DNA of 59,348 bases, counting the filler, from Dugesia japonica (lineage: Eukaryota), in assembly GCA_001938525.1 (NCBI GenBank). It is 5 parts of 5 records of this genome, joined end to end, with 100 filler letters (N's around TTAATTAATTAA, not from the genome) between each part and the next. Parts side by side here need not be neighbours in the genome. Positions count along the whole stretch, not along the records: positions 18,395 to 35,542 come from MQRL01593615.1; 4 more parts are not named here. One strand, 5' to 3'. The notes under the pieces are model-generated. The model saw only the letters and a program-made list of their open reading frames with translations. It did not search any database and was not told where the DNA came from. The position numbers and the translations under genes were made by a program. Of this stretch, positions 24,373 to 35,642 are shown piece after piece. Numbering within the stretch: position 1 is the first letter of the stretch; each line of letters starts with the position of its first letter.

Positions 24373-25587
24373 ATTTGCGGTAAAACTAAATTATGTAATT
24401 TTATCGACCATCGCCACAAGCTGTAATTGATAGTGGTACTTTTGAAGATGTCTTTCATATGAATTCAATTTCAGAATCAAAGAACAATTTAGAGTTTTTA
24501 ATAAATAGATTTGCAACAGAATATTTAGATGTGAATGATAATTTATTGTATATTAAAATGAAGGTAAGAGATAAGGATGGTAAAGATATGGCTGACGGTG
24601 ATGATACAGTTCCTAGTAACTATATGTTGTTACACTTTTAAGGATTTAATTCTTTCGTTTAATAATTTCAAAATTGAAGGGGGAAATGGATCTTATATTC
24701 ACAAAGCATTGATTAAAACTATTATAAATTATAATGGCGATAGTAAGAATATATGTTTTACAGCAACAGGATATGGATCAGAAGCAGATAGAAAAAAGTC
24801 TATTAAAANATCAAAACAATTATCTCTATGTAGTCTATTACAATTCAATTTCATGGATCAGCCAAAATACCTTATTTCCGGTGTCAATGTTCATATTCGA
24901 TTGAAATGAGCATCTTCTAAGATTTCTTTGGAATCTGCAGCCAATGAACTTTAATATGTATTAGTAGATGTAAAATTAATAGTTAGGCGTGTATGCGTTG
25001 AACCCTCAGTACTAGCTGCTTATCAACTAGTACTAAAAAGCAAAATGTTGTTTTTCCAATAAGAATCAAGGAAGTCATTGCATTTGCAATTTGTAAAGAT
25101 AGCTCATAATTTTATAAAAAAACAAATCTTTAGTGATCGTCGATTACCCAGCTTTATTCTGGTTACATTTCAAAGTGTAGAACAATATAATGGTAGTTAT
25201 AAAGACTTGAGTTCAATATTTCAAAATCTACATGCTGCTTCCGTTTCCTTGACTAAAAACACTGACTATTGAGAAATATATACTCAAGATTTTACAAACG
25301 ATAATTATGCCACAACATATATGAAATCCATAGTAAGAAATTTGGGATATTTGAATAAGAATATGAATTGTTGAATAACATTTCAAGATTTTAAGGAGAA
25401 TTATCCTTTCTTTACATTTTTTCTTGTTCTACATTTTGATATAAATCAGAGTCAATTACCTCCACAAGGAAATTTGAGATTGGATATCAAATTTGCCAGG
25501 GGTTTAACAAGATTGGCATATGTTATAATTTATGGAGTATTTGAAAAGGAAATTCAGATTAATACTAACAGTACAGTATAAGTGTAA
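24351..25587 (+). pseudogene. Polinton major capsid protein (double jelly-roll), copy A
   Basis: LEFLI...EYLDVNDNLLYIKMKV; SYIHKALI; QPKYLISGVNVHIRL; KLIVRRV..PSV; RLPSFILV; YNGSY; GNLRLDIKF; IIYGVFEKEIQI. Multiple stops and frameshifts. Confidence 0.92.
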
Positions 25588-25595
25588 ACAATACT

Positions 25596-25923
25596 ATGTA
25601 TTCTTGACACAACTGCAATAAAGTAATACTTATTGCTTAATTTTTTGTATAATTTATTAATTTTATTCAGATAGAACGGAGTACATCAACGTTACTTGAA
25701 TCAACATATTTCAGTAAACAATGCCTTAATCGTCAATACTCATATAACATATTTATGTGAAGAACAATGGAAAGCTGTTTACAATAAACCTGCTGAAATG
25801 GTGGTATTTGATCCATTAGCAATTTATTATCCGTCAATGTTGGTGTCACATTTTTCAAAATTATCAAAACCAATGAAATTCGATATCAAGATTCGTTTAC
25901 TTGTAGGCAACAGTGTTTATTAA
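25596..25923 (+). pseudogene. Adenain-like cysteine protease, copy A
   Basis: LIVNTH....EEQWKAVY......FDPLA...Q..S.TC.QQCL, a degenerate IVNT..GEHW.A..FD..G..Q..CG..C; position after the MCP is as expected. Confidence 0.7.
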
Positions 25924-26129
25924 AATAAGCAACATTACAGATGAAATACTTATTTGCATGTATTTGTAGTATACGAAATATATGTTTTATTGAAAAAAAA
26001 TCTTTTTCATTTATTTTGACTAAGACGATAGAAAAACATTACTTTTGTATAATCCTATGTTATAATAAATTATTGTATGGAAATAAGAAAAATTATTATT
26101 CAAATCTATTTATAAAAACAAAAATAATA

Positions 26130-26410
26130 ATTACATCAATTCTGTCTAAGCAAATAAAGTAACACAACGGATGCCAATAGAGTTACAAAAACAAATTTAA
26201 TTCTCTTTTGGTTTTTTAATTCTTCCTTAATTTTGTCGATGAATATTGATCAGACAATGAGTTCAACATAGTCATGTTTATTCAATAGATCATTGTCAAT
26301 CTTGCTTAGGAATTAAATTTCATCAACGGATCCACTGGTAATTGCACTTGCCAATTTCTTAATTTTCTTTCCTCCTGATTCATGTTGATAGTAACTTCAA
26401 ACTGTAAAAA
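26130..26410 (-). pseudogene. Small Polinton-associated ORF, paralog 1
   Basis: KLASAITSGSVDEI*...KHDYVELIV*SIF, homologous to 27030-27300. Confidence 0.45.
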
Positions 26411-26634
26411 TGACTTATTTTACAAAACTTACTGTTTATATACTTCTTGCGAAACATACATACATACTCGTTATTTGTTAATTTTTATTAGTCGTTACAT
26501 GTTTAAAAGGAAATGAATGGGTATTATTCATTTTAATATGATTGGATGAAATTTGTTTTAAATGATTTGATTTGTTATATAAAATCATAAATATTCAAGA
26601 ACATGACGCGAGCATGCATTTTGCATGACTACCT

Positions 26635-26935
26635 CATATTACATGGTTACTATGTAAATAATACCCGCACAAACCATATATTACACAGTTGCTATGTAAA
26701 TAATACAAGGTAACTGTGTAAAAAATATACTCATAAACCCTAAATATTTATAAAAATATTTACTTATTAGTTTTTTTTATAGACTTATAAAGTATTTATA
26801 CAGTAATTTTAAGTTACAGATATGAAAATGCTCCACACTCATAAACCCTATACAATCATAAACCTTATACACTCATAAACACTATACACTTCTAAACCTA
26901 TGTAAATAGTACAATCACAAACCCTATAAAGTTAT
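26635..26935. repeat. Tandem (TA)CACTCATAAACCCTA units and TTACA-N-GTTRCTATGTAAATAATAC repeats
   Basis: At least six CATAAACCC-type units and two copies of an imperfect palindrome, read directly. Confidence 0.75.
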
Positions 26936-27029
26936 AAAAGTTTTACTTATATGTTTTTTATATAAATAAAGCAAGAAAGAAACAAAGTTATTATTCAACT
27001 CTATTTATTAAACAATCCAAAAAAACAAT

Positions 27030-27300
27030 AATTACATTGATTTCGTTTGACCAAATGAAACATCACAACATATGTGAATAGAGTCACAGCAAAAAATTTA
27101 ATTCTTCTTTGTCTCTTCAGTTCTTCCTTAATTTGTTCATGAATATTGAACGGACAACAAGTTCAACATAATCATGTTTACTCATTGGGTCATTTTCAAG
27201 CTTCGTTAGGAATTGAACATCACCAACGGATACGATAGTAATTATATCTGACAATTGTTTTCATTTCAATTTCCACTTGATTTATATTGAGAATAATTTT
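27030..27300 (-). pseudogene. Small Polinton-associated ORF, paralog 2
   Basis: KQLSDIITIVSVGDVQFLTKLENDPMSKHDYVELVVRSIFMNKLRKN. Confidence 0.45.
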
Positions 27301-27829
27301 TAATTGTAAAAATATAATAATAATTACATCAATTCTGTCTAAGCAAATAAAGTAACACAACGGATGCCAATAGAGTTACAAAAACAAATTTATTTAATTT
27401 ATTTTACAAAAACTTCAATTGAAGGAGTAATTATCACCAGAAGGAGGATATCAAATTTATTAAGTGCACGACTTAAAGAAAGGAAGTAGAAATACTGAAT
27501 GGTGTGGAGAAATTGAACCAAAACGTATTCCACCAACCAAATTGCTCAATACTAAGCTACCACTATGAAAGCAAATTACCAGTAACATCTTTTAAAGTAA
27601 AATGGGACATGTCACAGGAAAGAATAAAAATGACAATTGAGCTCTAAACGATTAAATTGTCAGAAGTGCTCAAATTGAGTAAGGAAGATTTGAAGTAGCT
27701 AATCGCAAGAATAGTCGCAGAAAACGAACTGAGATACTAACAATGGTCGAAGCTTACCATCAATCAAACCAAGATGTACCTAAAGAAATCGGTTACATGA
27801 TAAAATTACACAGGAAACAAGTTTCATCT

Positions 27830-27912
27830 CTGTGTAATTTTTTCCTGTAATTTTTACCCGTGTAATTTCGTCTTGTGTAATTTTTTCTCGTGTAATTTAT
27901 TCCCGTAAACTT
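27830..27912. repeat. ~15-bp tandem repeat with a GTGTAATTT core, likely a MITE subterminal array
   Basis: Five to six units, running into a gap. Confidence 0.75.
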
Positions 27913-28234
27913 NNNNNNNNNNNNNNNNNNNNNNNNNNNNNNNNNNNNNNNNNNNNNNNNNNNNNNNNNNNNNNNNNNNNNNNNNNNNNNNNNNNAATGC
28001 ATAGACAGAATTTTAGTCCTGACACACCAATATCATAAACCCACAAAAAATTATTTCCAAGATCTCCACACGTCACTGGAGACCAATTTCACTCTTACAC
28101 ACCCATATCCACACACCACCTCAACTTTACCTACTTTAAATTAACACACACAAAATTGAAAAATTAAAAATACACACGCACACACTTTAATTGAGATGTT
28201 TTAAAACTTCTTCATCACTATTTTCCACATCATT

Positions 28235-28790
28235 TAAACTCTATGAAAGACTATTGATTTAAAGTTCTTTCAAATTTCCGAATATTATTAAGCTTTATTG
28301 ACATGCTTGATTCTTCAAACACTGATTCAGAAATAAATATTTCATATACATATAGTCTATTTCTACATTTCTTATCAACTTCATCTTTTTAGAGAATAGC
28401 TAAAATGATCTATATAAAGCATTTATTGAAATCGCTTTTTTTGCAAGATTGGCGGATGTCAGTATATAACTATTCACCGATAGTCTGCTTGTATTTTCTA
28501 CTATGGTGATTTTGAGGTTCATTTCCTAAATCCTGTCGAGTATCCAACTGGAACTGAGCTCACCCTTACTAGCAATTTTTATTGTTTAATTGCTTTATTA
28601 CATAATCGAAAAAACTATCATTTAGTGGAATAGCACGATTTGATATATACGACAAGATTTTATTTCTTCATCCCTTATAAACTCAACAATTGATCCAGAA
28701 TTTGATTTTCATATCTTTTTATTCTTCTTTTCTTAAGCAGTTGGATATTAAAAATATACGATTGCAATTCTTAACTGTTGTTGTAAATAT
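28235..28790 (-). pseudogene. Polinton protein-primed DNA polymerase B, N-terminal fragment
   Basis: SSWILDRI*EMNLKI...LSVNSYILTSANLAKK..DFNKCFI*IILAIL...RNRLYVY...LNNIRKFER matches the GSGW..GSSYIxLP..KK..DxKCFxWxILA..R...Y..IxKFE block. Confidence 0.7.
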
Positions 28791-29809
28791 AAAAGTTACA
28801 ATAAATGTATATAAATTGACAAAAATAGTCAACTGCTAGTTCGAACCAAAGCTACTTCCTGCAATAAGACCTGTAAAATATGACCCTTTATGTGTAAATG
28901 TGTTCTCAACAAGAAACATTGTAATACATGGACAAAAAATTAAAATTTTTATGGAAATATGGATAATATAATATCAGATTTAATCAATTTGAAGGAAAAA
29001 TATATAAAAAATACTCAACACTTAATATATAATCAACATTTTAGCAATTCATATACACACACATCAACATTTTGGAAAAATATAAATCAACATTTTCCTT
29101 ATCAATCTAGCCTTCATCTTTTTACAAAAATAATTTAAACTCACAAAACAATTTGTCATCTGTAATACTACTTCCTAACCTTTAAACTTTATCTTACAGA
29201 AAATAAATCAACAATCAGTCAAACCATCTCAAAACTAGTACAATAACCTTGTTCCATATGCCGCACCTTCACAACAACACCAAATTCATTCAAATCCCAC
29301 AACTACTTACAACACCAGACACTTTTTCACAAAAATGCCATATAACTCATTGCCATGAGACTCACAACTTTCTCAGCTCCTTACGCATTTTATGCCATAA
29401 GTCCTTTAAGCAATGTGTAAGTTGAATTTGTAAATAATTTTGTGACATCATTTATGTAATTATGCTACAAAATATTTAAAGAATTTTTAAAAAATTCAAA
29501 ATTTGGATTGGTCATTAATAATAATATCATTTGATGAAAGTCTTTCGCTAAACCTTGATCTTCATTTTGCAAAATTCAAAGAAAAAGTAAAGAGTTTACA
29601 TAAATCATTTTTGTTCAGTAGTAGATCAATTCAAATTAATGAACTAATGTTTTAATTAACAGATTTTTATAATTTTTTGTTCAAATTGATGAAAATTAAA
29701 TTTTTTAATTCAAAATAAAAGATTTTCATGATAGTTTTGTTTAAATTAAGTGAAATATATCAAATTACTCATCATTTGAGGTGTAATAATAAGCTTAACA
29801 AGGATAACA

Positions 29810-30722
29810 TGATTAACAATTCATAAAATATTTGCACAATGAATACATAAGTAAAATATCCCCCGATCAATGTTAATATTAATCGTTTACTGGCAATATT
29901 AATGTTAACATTTGTCACTCCATGGTAATTTTAAATTTTAGGCGCTCCTCCGGTAATGAAAACATTTTCTAAGGTGATGAAATTATTAATACTTTTATTA
30001 GCTGTTTTCCCGAGAAGAATAATTATTAATTTTTATGTTTAGGTAAAATTATTAATAATATCATTAAAAATCATTCTCATACGTTATTTGAATAACAGTT
30101 TTGTTTTTCTTCCATACATTACCTCCTTTGACATATCAAGTTGAGCAGTTGACTATTCACATCAGATCTCAAATCGTAAAGGCTCAAGACCATTAGTATC
30201 AAGCCAAGATCGTTCATAATCAAATTTATTGATTGGCTTGCAAATTTTTAGCTAGACTAAGCTCGCGTACAGTACGTGAATTTCCAGTAGCAGTGCTTCA
30301 GATTGTTCATATTCGGTCTTAAATGTACGCCACCATATTTATGAGATAAAAACAGCTAATCATTGTTGCCAATATTTGGCTAGACCCAGATACATAAAGT
30401 GGTCAAGACTTCAAACTCGGATGTTATTAATTCCATATTGTTTAAAAAACGTCATTACATAAAGTTATTACCATTAAAAAAGTCATAACAATAAATCATT
30501 ACCGTCTAATAAAAATCATTTAAAAAGTTAATATTTAAAAAATATTATTATTAATTAAAAAGTAAATCCTGAATTATTGTCAGAGCGACAAATGTTAACA
30601 TTAATATTACCGGGGAGCATTAGTGTTAACATAAATATTGCTAGAGAGCACTAATGTTGATATTACTCGGAGGACATTTTACTTTTTTATTCATTGTGTA
30701 AATATTTTATCAATTTTTAACC
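29810..30722. mobile_element. Foldback/MITE-like element with ~110-150 bp imperfect TIRs
   Basis: ATAAAATATTTGCACAATGAATA...GTTAACATTTGTCACTC is the reverse complement of GAGCGACAAATGTTAAC...TATTCATTGTGTAAATATTTTAT. Confidence 0.7.
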
Positions 30723-30884
30723 ATCCAGAGGAAAATTCCATTGCAATTCCTATGCGATTATAGAATGATTATGGAATCAGTAACGTAACAATTTATTACT
30801 GCTTTTCGATTTCATAATGATTATGTAATGCTTATGTAATCACGTTATGACATCATAAATATTACGTATTTCTTGCTTAATTCC

Positions 30885-31095
30885 TGGATGTGAATGGGAC
30901 AAGTAGCACTTAAAACTGTTTATAATGCTATAAGAAGCAGTCATTTAAGGAATCAATGAAAACCAACCAATGAATGTGTGGTCGGATGTGAAGGAAAATT
31001 TTATTGCTGCTTTAAAAGAAGTTGTTGATGGACCAAATAGTAGTGAAATACATAAACAAAAGAATAAAATAACATCGACAATAAACAAAAGATAA
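30885..31095 (+). pseudogene. C-terminal remnant of the core-like protein, module B
   Basis: GQVALKT...SFKESMK...TSTINKR (cf. ASLINKR in module A), directly before MCP-B. Confidence 0.45.
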
Positions 31096-31102
31096 AGTTT
31101 AG

Positions 31103-32500
31103 ATGCCAAATAAGATTGTATGCGAAAAAACTGAATTGCTGCTATTTGACTACAATATACCTAAGGTTGTTGAAGGCACAACATTTAAATAAATTTACCT
31201 AAGAAATTCTATAATCAGGTATGCTGGACAACAAATTGAATTCAGTTTTATTGGTTCAGATAATGATTACTTGGATTTTAATGATACCTTGTTTCTTATT
31301 AAAATAAAGACTGGAAATAAACCTTTCATTGCTTGACAATACCGACATGATTCCTTCCAATTATTCGCTTCACATTATACTCAAAGAAGCATTAATATCG
31401 TTAAATAATGTTAAGGTTGTTGATACAAACGATACATAAATGCAAAAGGTTGTTGTTAGGAGAGTTTGGAAAACTCATCGAATCATTAACATCAGAATTC
31501 AACTCCATAAATTTATTAAAATAAAACTATAACATCAATAATTTTTTAAATAAACAAATTTAAAAATTCATATTTAAAAACGGAAAATACTAAATATTTA
31601 ATTTTATATTTTAAAAATCCTTAAATTTTAGTAATTTATTTTATAAATTATTTTCTTGATACAATTTTAAATATACTTTTGATTTTAATAAATTCCGTTT
31701 TAAAAAATTGATTATCATAAAGACGATGATAAAAGTAAAGTTGGATTAAAAAGTCTGCGAAGCTTATACTATTTAGTGAACCGTATCTTGATTATTTTGA
31801 TCAACCAAAGTTTTTTGTCGTTGTTAATATGAAAATCAAGTTGACAAAAAATGTTGGTTTGGTAGTTTAAAAATAAACCAAAGATAATGATACAGTTGAA
31901 TAACTCTACAGTCATATATTATAGAATCAAAATCAGTAATGTGCCGTGTTTGTGTTGATCTATCGGTTGTATTTAGACATCGTGAATGATTAGAACATCA
32001 AAATGCAATCTAACTTTTCCAAATAACAGAAATCGTGTATTTTACATTTCCAAAACCTTACATGGAGAATACAAAGGTAATCTCTTTCCGATGAATGATT
32101 ACCGACATTTATTTTGGATTCTTTCGTGATTATGGCTCATTTTGTTCAACATTCTTGAATTTCAGTGTAAAGGCAAGAAACGTTGATTATCAAACACATA
32201 TACCACTGATTTTGATAATGAAAACACCGAGGTATATGTACAATCAATTATTCATAAATTAAGTTTGTTAAACGTAGACCAAACCAATGGCATTAGTATG
32301 AAGGAATTTAAAGATTCTAATATTTTGGTTTCCTTTTATTAGCTCCTTGCTTTTAAACTTATTAGTTCCAACTACCGAAAACCGAAAATCTTAAGTTAGG
32401 TGTGAGATTCCATAAAGCCTTGATGGAAAAGTGACAATATATGCATATGATGTATTTGCTTTAAAAATTCCAATCGTCACAAATAATATAATAATTGTAT
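31103..32500 (+). pseudogene. Polinton major capsid protein, divergent copy B (AT-rich insertion at ~31460-31710)
   Basis: MPNKIVCEKTELLLFD..QIEFSFIGSDNDYLDFNDTLFLIKIK; YFDQPKF; SVMCRVCVD.SV; LPTFIL; QLP..NLKL..VTIYAY. Confidence 0.85.
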
Positions 32501-32574
32501 GAAAAACGATTTTTATATTCATATATTGCAAAGGATGAAGTATGGATGTTTTGCGAAAGAATGTGTTTTTATTA

Positions 32575-32885
32575 GCAGTAATTTGCAGATTCAAACAATA
32601 TTGAAACGTGAGTTGGGCAGTAGCCGATTAAAAGGAGAATATTTATTGAAGCGCTTACCTGAAATTTTACAAAATGGATTCTTTGTAATCAATATTAAAA
32701 TTTGCCGAGAATATTTATTTGTTCAAGAATATTTAGAAGCTATTTTTGAAGTAAAGATTATATTTTATATTTTTTGTTACATTTTAAAAATTCTTAACAC
32801 TTGGATTACAAAAACAGAAATATTTGAGAGAAAAACTGGATGATATTCCAGATTCGCAATTCAAAAGTCTAAATAAAACTTAACT
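32575..32885 (+). pseudogene. Adenain-like protease remnant, module B
   Basis: NLQIQTILKRELGSSRLKGEYLLKRLP...FFVINI......EYLEAIF resembles NxxQI..FxGVYxxDxLP..VIN..EHWxAI; follows MCP-B. Confidence 0.5.
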
Positions 32886-32904
32886 AACAAAGCATAATTA
32901 ATTA

Positions 32905-33105
32905 ATGTTAATCTATTGGTAGTATTGTTGAACCTATAATTGTAGGTAATGCTAGTATTCCTAACTTGGATCCAATGTGGATAGAAAAGAATAAAAATGA
33001 TGAAGTAGTTCAAATAATAGTTAAGAATTTTATTTATTTGCCGATTACTTCATCATGATTAAAACAATAAAAAACTAAAAGTCGAGATGATAACGGAAAA
33101 TTAGC
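32905..33105 (+). pseudogene. Minor capsid 3' remnant, module C
   Basis: SIVEPIIVGNASIP...WIEKNKNDEVVQIIVKNFIYLPITSS...RDDNGKL; closely parallels 23690-23880. Confidence 0.8.
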
Positions 33106-34415
33106 TCATATTCGGAAAGCATTAACTAAAACCATTTATCAATAAAATGAAGATAGTAAGAATATTTGTCGTATAGCTTCGAGATAAGAAGATGATGCAA
33201 ATAGAAAATTATTTGTTAAACTAAGTAAACATTTGTATGTAGTTCCTTTCAACGTACTGACGAACCTTGGTTAATTTTACCGATGGCTCAACAGGATTGT
33301 TTGTTCGAAAAATAAATCGTAAGTCACCGGTGACCTACGTGGCGCACTGGTCAACAACTGCGTAGGTAACCCGTGACCTAAGTGTTAACAAAAGTTAACT
33401 TTGAAAAAAATGCTTCGCATTGATAAATGTACTGCCAAAATGCTGACTACTTTCAAAGCATGCTCTCTTAAATTCTTATATGCATCTTCTTTTAGGAATT
33501 TCTTATAAAAGTATGTAATATTTTCAGTAGCAAAAAATATATATTCCTAAGTTCATTGTTACATTGTAAGTCTATTAGTTCTAGTTGATATTTTGCTGGT
33601 ACAGAAATTACGACAAGAATATATCAAAATATAACAATGATCTTACTTTATTTTTTATTGCAATCTTTACTATCACAACAATCCTTATTAATTTTTATTA
33701 ATTCTTTTTGCTGCATAGTATATATCTTTTATTAAAAAATAGCCAAGAAATAACAATTTTAAAACCAAATATTAGACAATCATTGTTATTACAGTATATT
33801 TTCATTTATTTAGTATATTTTACTATAATAATAATTTCAGCTTGAAACACAGTAAGAAACAATATTATTACAAAAAATATTAAAAATTTTCATTTTTGCA
33901 ATATTACTTAAGAGCCACAGGTTGCCCACCCCTGGTGCAGAACCTTCGGTATTATATAGTTATCAAAATGTATTAAACTAAAAATATGCAATTTATCCAC
34001 TAAAAACAATGAAATTTGCTTTCTTTGCAATTATATAAGGAGCAAATCTTTAGTAATCAAGGATTTTCGAACTTTATTCTAGTTAACTGTCAAAGTGAAA
34101 ATCAACTTAATGGTAGTTATAAAATCATTAGTTTCACATTTAATCATTTCAATGTTACTTTCATAACTTTATTTGGTATATTTAGATAAGAATATAACAA
34201 GCGGAATTCCACCTGATGAACTTTAGAGTAAATCGCCGCTCTTTACATTTGTTCTTGCTACAGATTTTGATATAAATGAAAGTCAATTATCTCAGCTAGA
34301 AAATTTTTGATAAGATAAATAGTTTACAAAGTCTTAATCGATACCAGTATATGTAGTCATTTATTGATTATTTCAAAGTGAAATCCAATTAAATGCCAAT
34401 AGAACAGTTCTTTAG
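33105..34415 (+). pseudogene. Polinton major capsid remnant, copy C (5' deleted, split by a hAT insertion)
   Basis: HIRKALTKTI..EDSKNIC..ANRK; EPSVI..YAIYP; NGSYK; LFTFVLATDFDINESQL; FQSEIQLNANRTV. Aligns by eye with copy A. Confidence 0.8.
33265..33934. mobile_element. hAT (Charlie-like) non-autonomous insertion
   Basis: Right end GAGCCACAGGTTGCCCACCCCTG; left end degenerate; interrupts MCP-C. Confidence 0.6.
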
Positions 34416-34424
34416 TTTAAACCA

Positions 34425-34770
34425 TATTGATATCTTATGTGATTGAACTACATGAAGCAAGTCTTTGTTAAATATACATGATTTTACGTTATTAGTTCAA
34501 TTGAGATTAATAAAATTGGAAAACAATGGCTTAGATCAACTATTTATATATGTTAATGAACCAGAATAGTTAATACTCAAACATCAAATATTCATGGAGA
34601 TCAGTTAAAAGTGGTTTATAATTAACCTGTAAGTAGACTGGTAATCGACTGACTTGGATATTATTATACAACTATACTGGTGTCATATTATTCGAGATTA
34701 TCAAAACCGATCGTACACAACAAAGTTCAAAATAAAGATTCATCATTGTTTTACAATTTATATTTTTAAA
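34425..34770 (+). pseudogene. Adenain-like protease remnant, module C
   Basis: IVNTQTSNIHGDQLKVVYN*P...D*LGYYYTTILVSYYSRLSKP...QNKDSS; parallels 25725-25905. Confidence 0.7.
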
Positions 34771-35542
34771 ATTATAACAATTAAATCTGTAAACTTTTCA
34801 TTTAAAACAAAATTATATATTCCAAATTTAATAAAAATTTATAAGCAAAAATAAATTTTCAAAGCTAAAAATAAATTTTCAAATTGCAAAACTGAAATTC
34901 TAAACCAAAATTTATTTTTAGAACACTAATAAAAATTACAAACCAAAATTTTTTAATCCGATTTCGAAAATAAGATTTCCAGTCTAAAATAATAAATAAT
35001 TCAATCCAAAAATTAATTTTCAAACTTGGATTTTACAAACAAAAAATTTTCATACATAAAATTATTTTACAAAGTTGAAATTTAATAACTTCGAATTTAC
35101 AAAAGTAGAGTATTCATAGTTAAAATTTGTAAATTTATAATTCGCAAAAAAAATTTAATACCTGAAATGACAAACTAAATATTTTCTGTATAAATTTCAG
35201 ATTTCTTTAAAATCCAACAAAATTATATAAATAGAAGATTACTCAAATGTTTAAAAAAATATTTAAAATAGGATTTATTTAATTACCAATCGACAGGCAA
35301 TCTGTCTGTCAATTTCATGACAATATAAGTTAATGGAATGGTTATTGATATTCAAAAATGCGAATTTATTTATCTTTTTGTGACATATTTCCTTAAGGTA
35401 AGAAATGATATTTTATAAAATTAACCGTTTGAATTTTCTCTCTATAAAATAAATAGATAAAAATTTGCTCTAAATTATTTTACTTACATTAAAATTTATT
35501 GAATTTACGCATAATTAATAAAAATATTAATAGAATTACTAA

Positions 35543-35642
35543 NNNNNNNNNNNNNNNNNNNNNNNNNNNNNNNNNNNNNNNNNNNNTTAATTAATTAANN
35601 NNNNNNNNNNNNNNNNNNNNNNNNNNNNNNNNNNNNNNNNNN
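35543..35642. other. Artificial contig spacer
   Basis: 44N + TTAATTAATTAA + 44N. Confidence 0.97.

Larger units (their letters stand above)
18690..34770. mobile_element. Decayed Maverick/Polinton (adintovirus-like) endogenous viral locus
   Basis: Colinear remnants of ATPase, minor capsid, core-like protein, major capsid and protease, a pPolB fragment, and two additional capsid modules. No TIRs identified. Confidence 0.9.

Noticed and set aside
18395-35542. Polinton terminal inverted repeats and integrase gene
   Set aside because: No (AG)n/AGT-type termini, long TIR pair or clear Polinton integrase was found; the element's ends are undefined.
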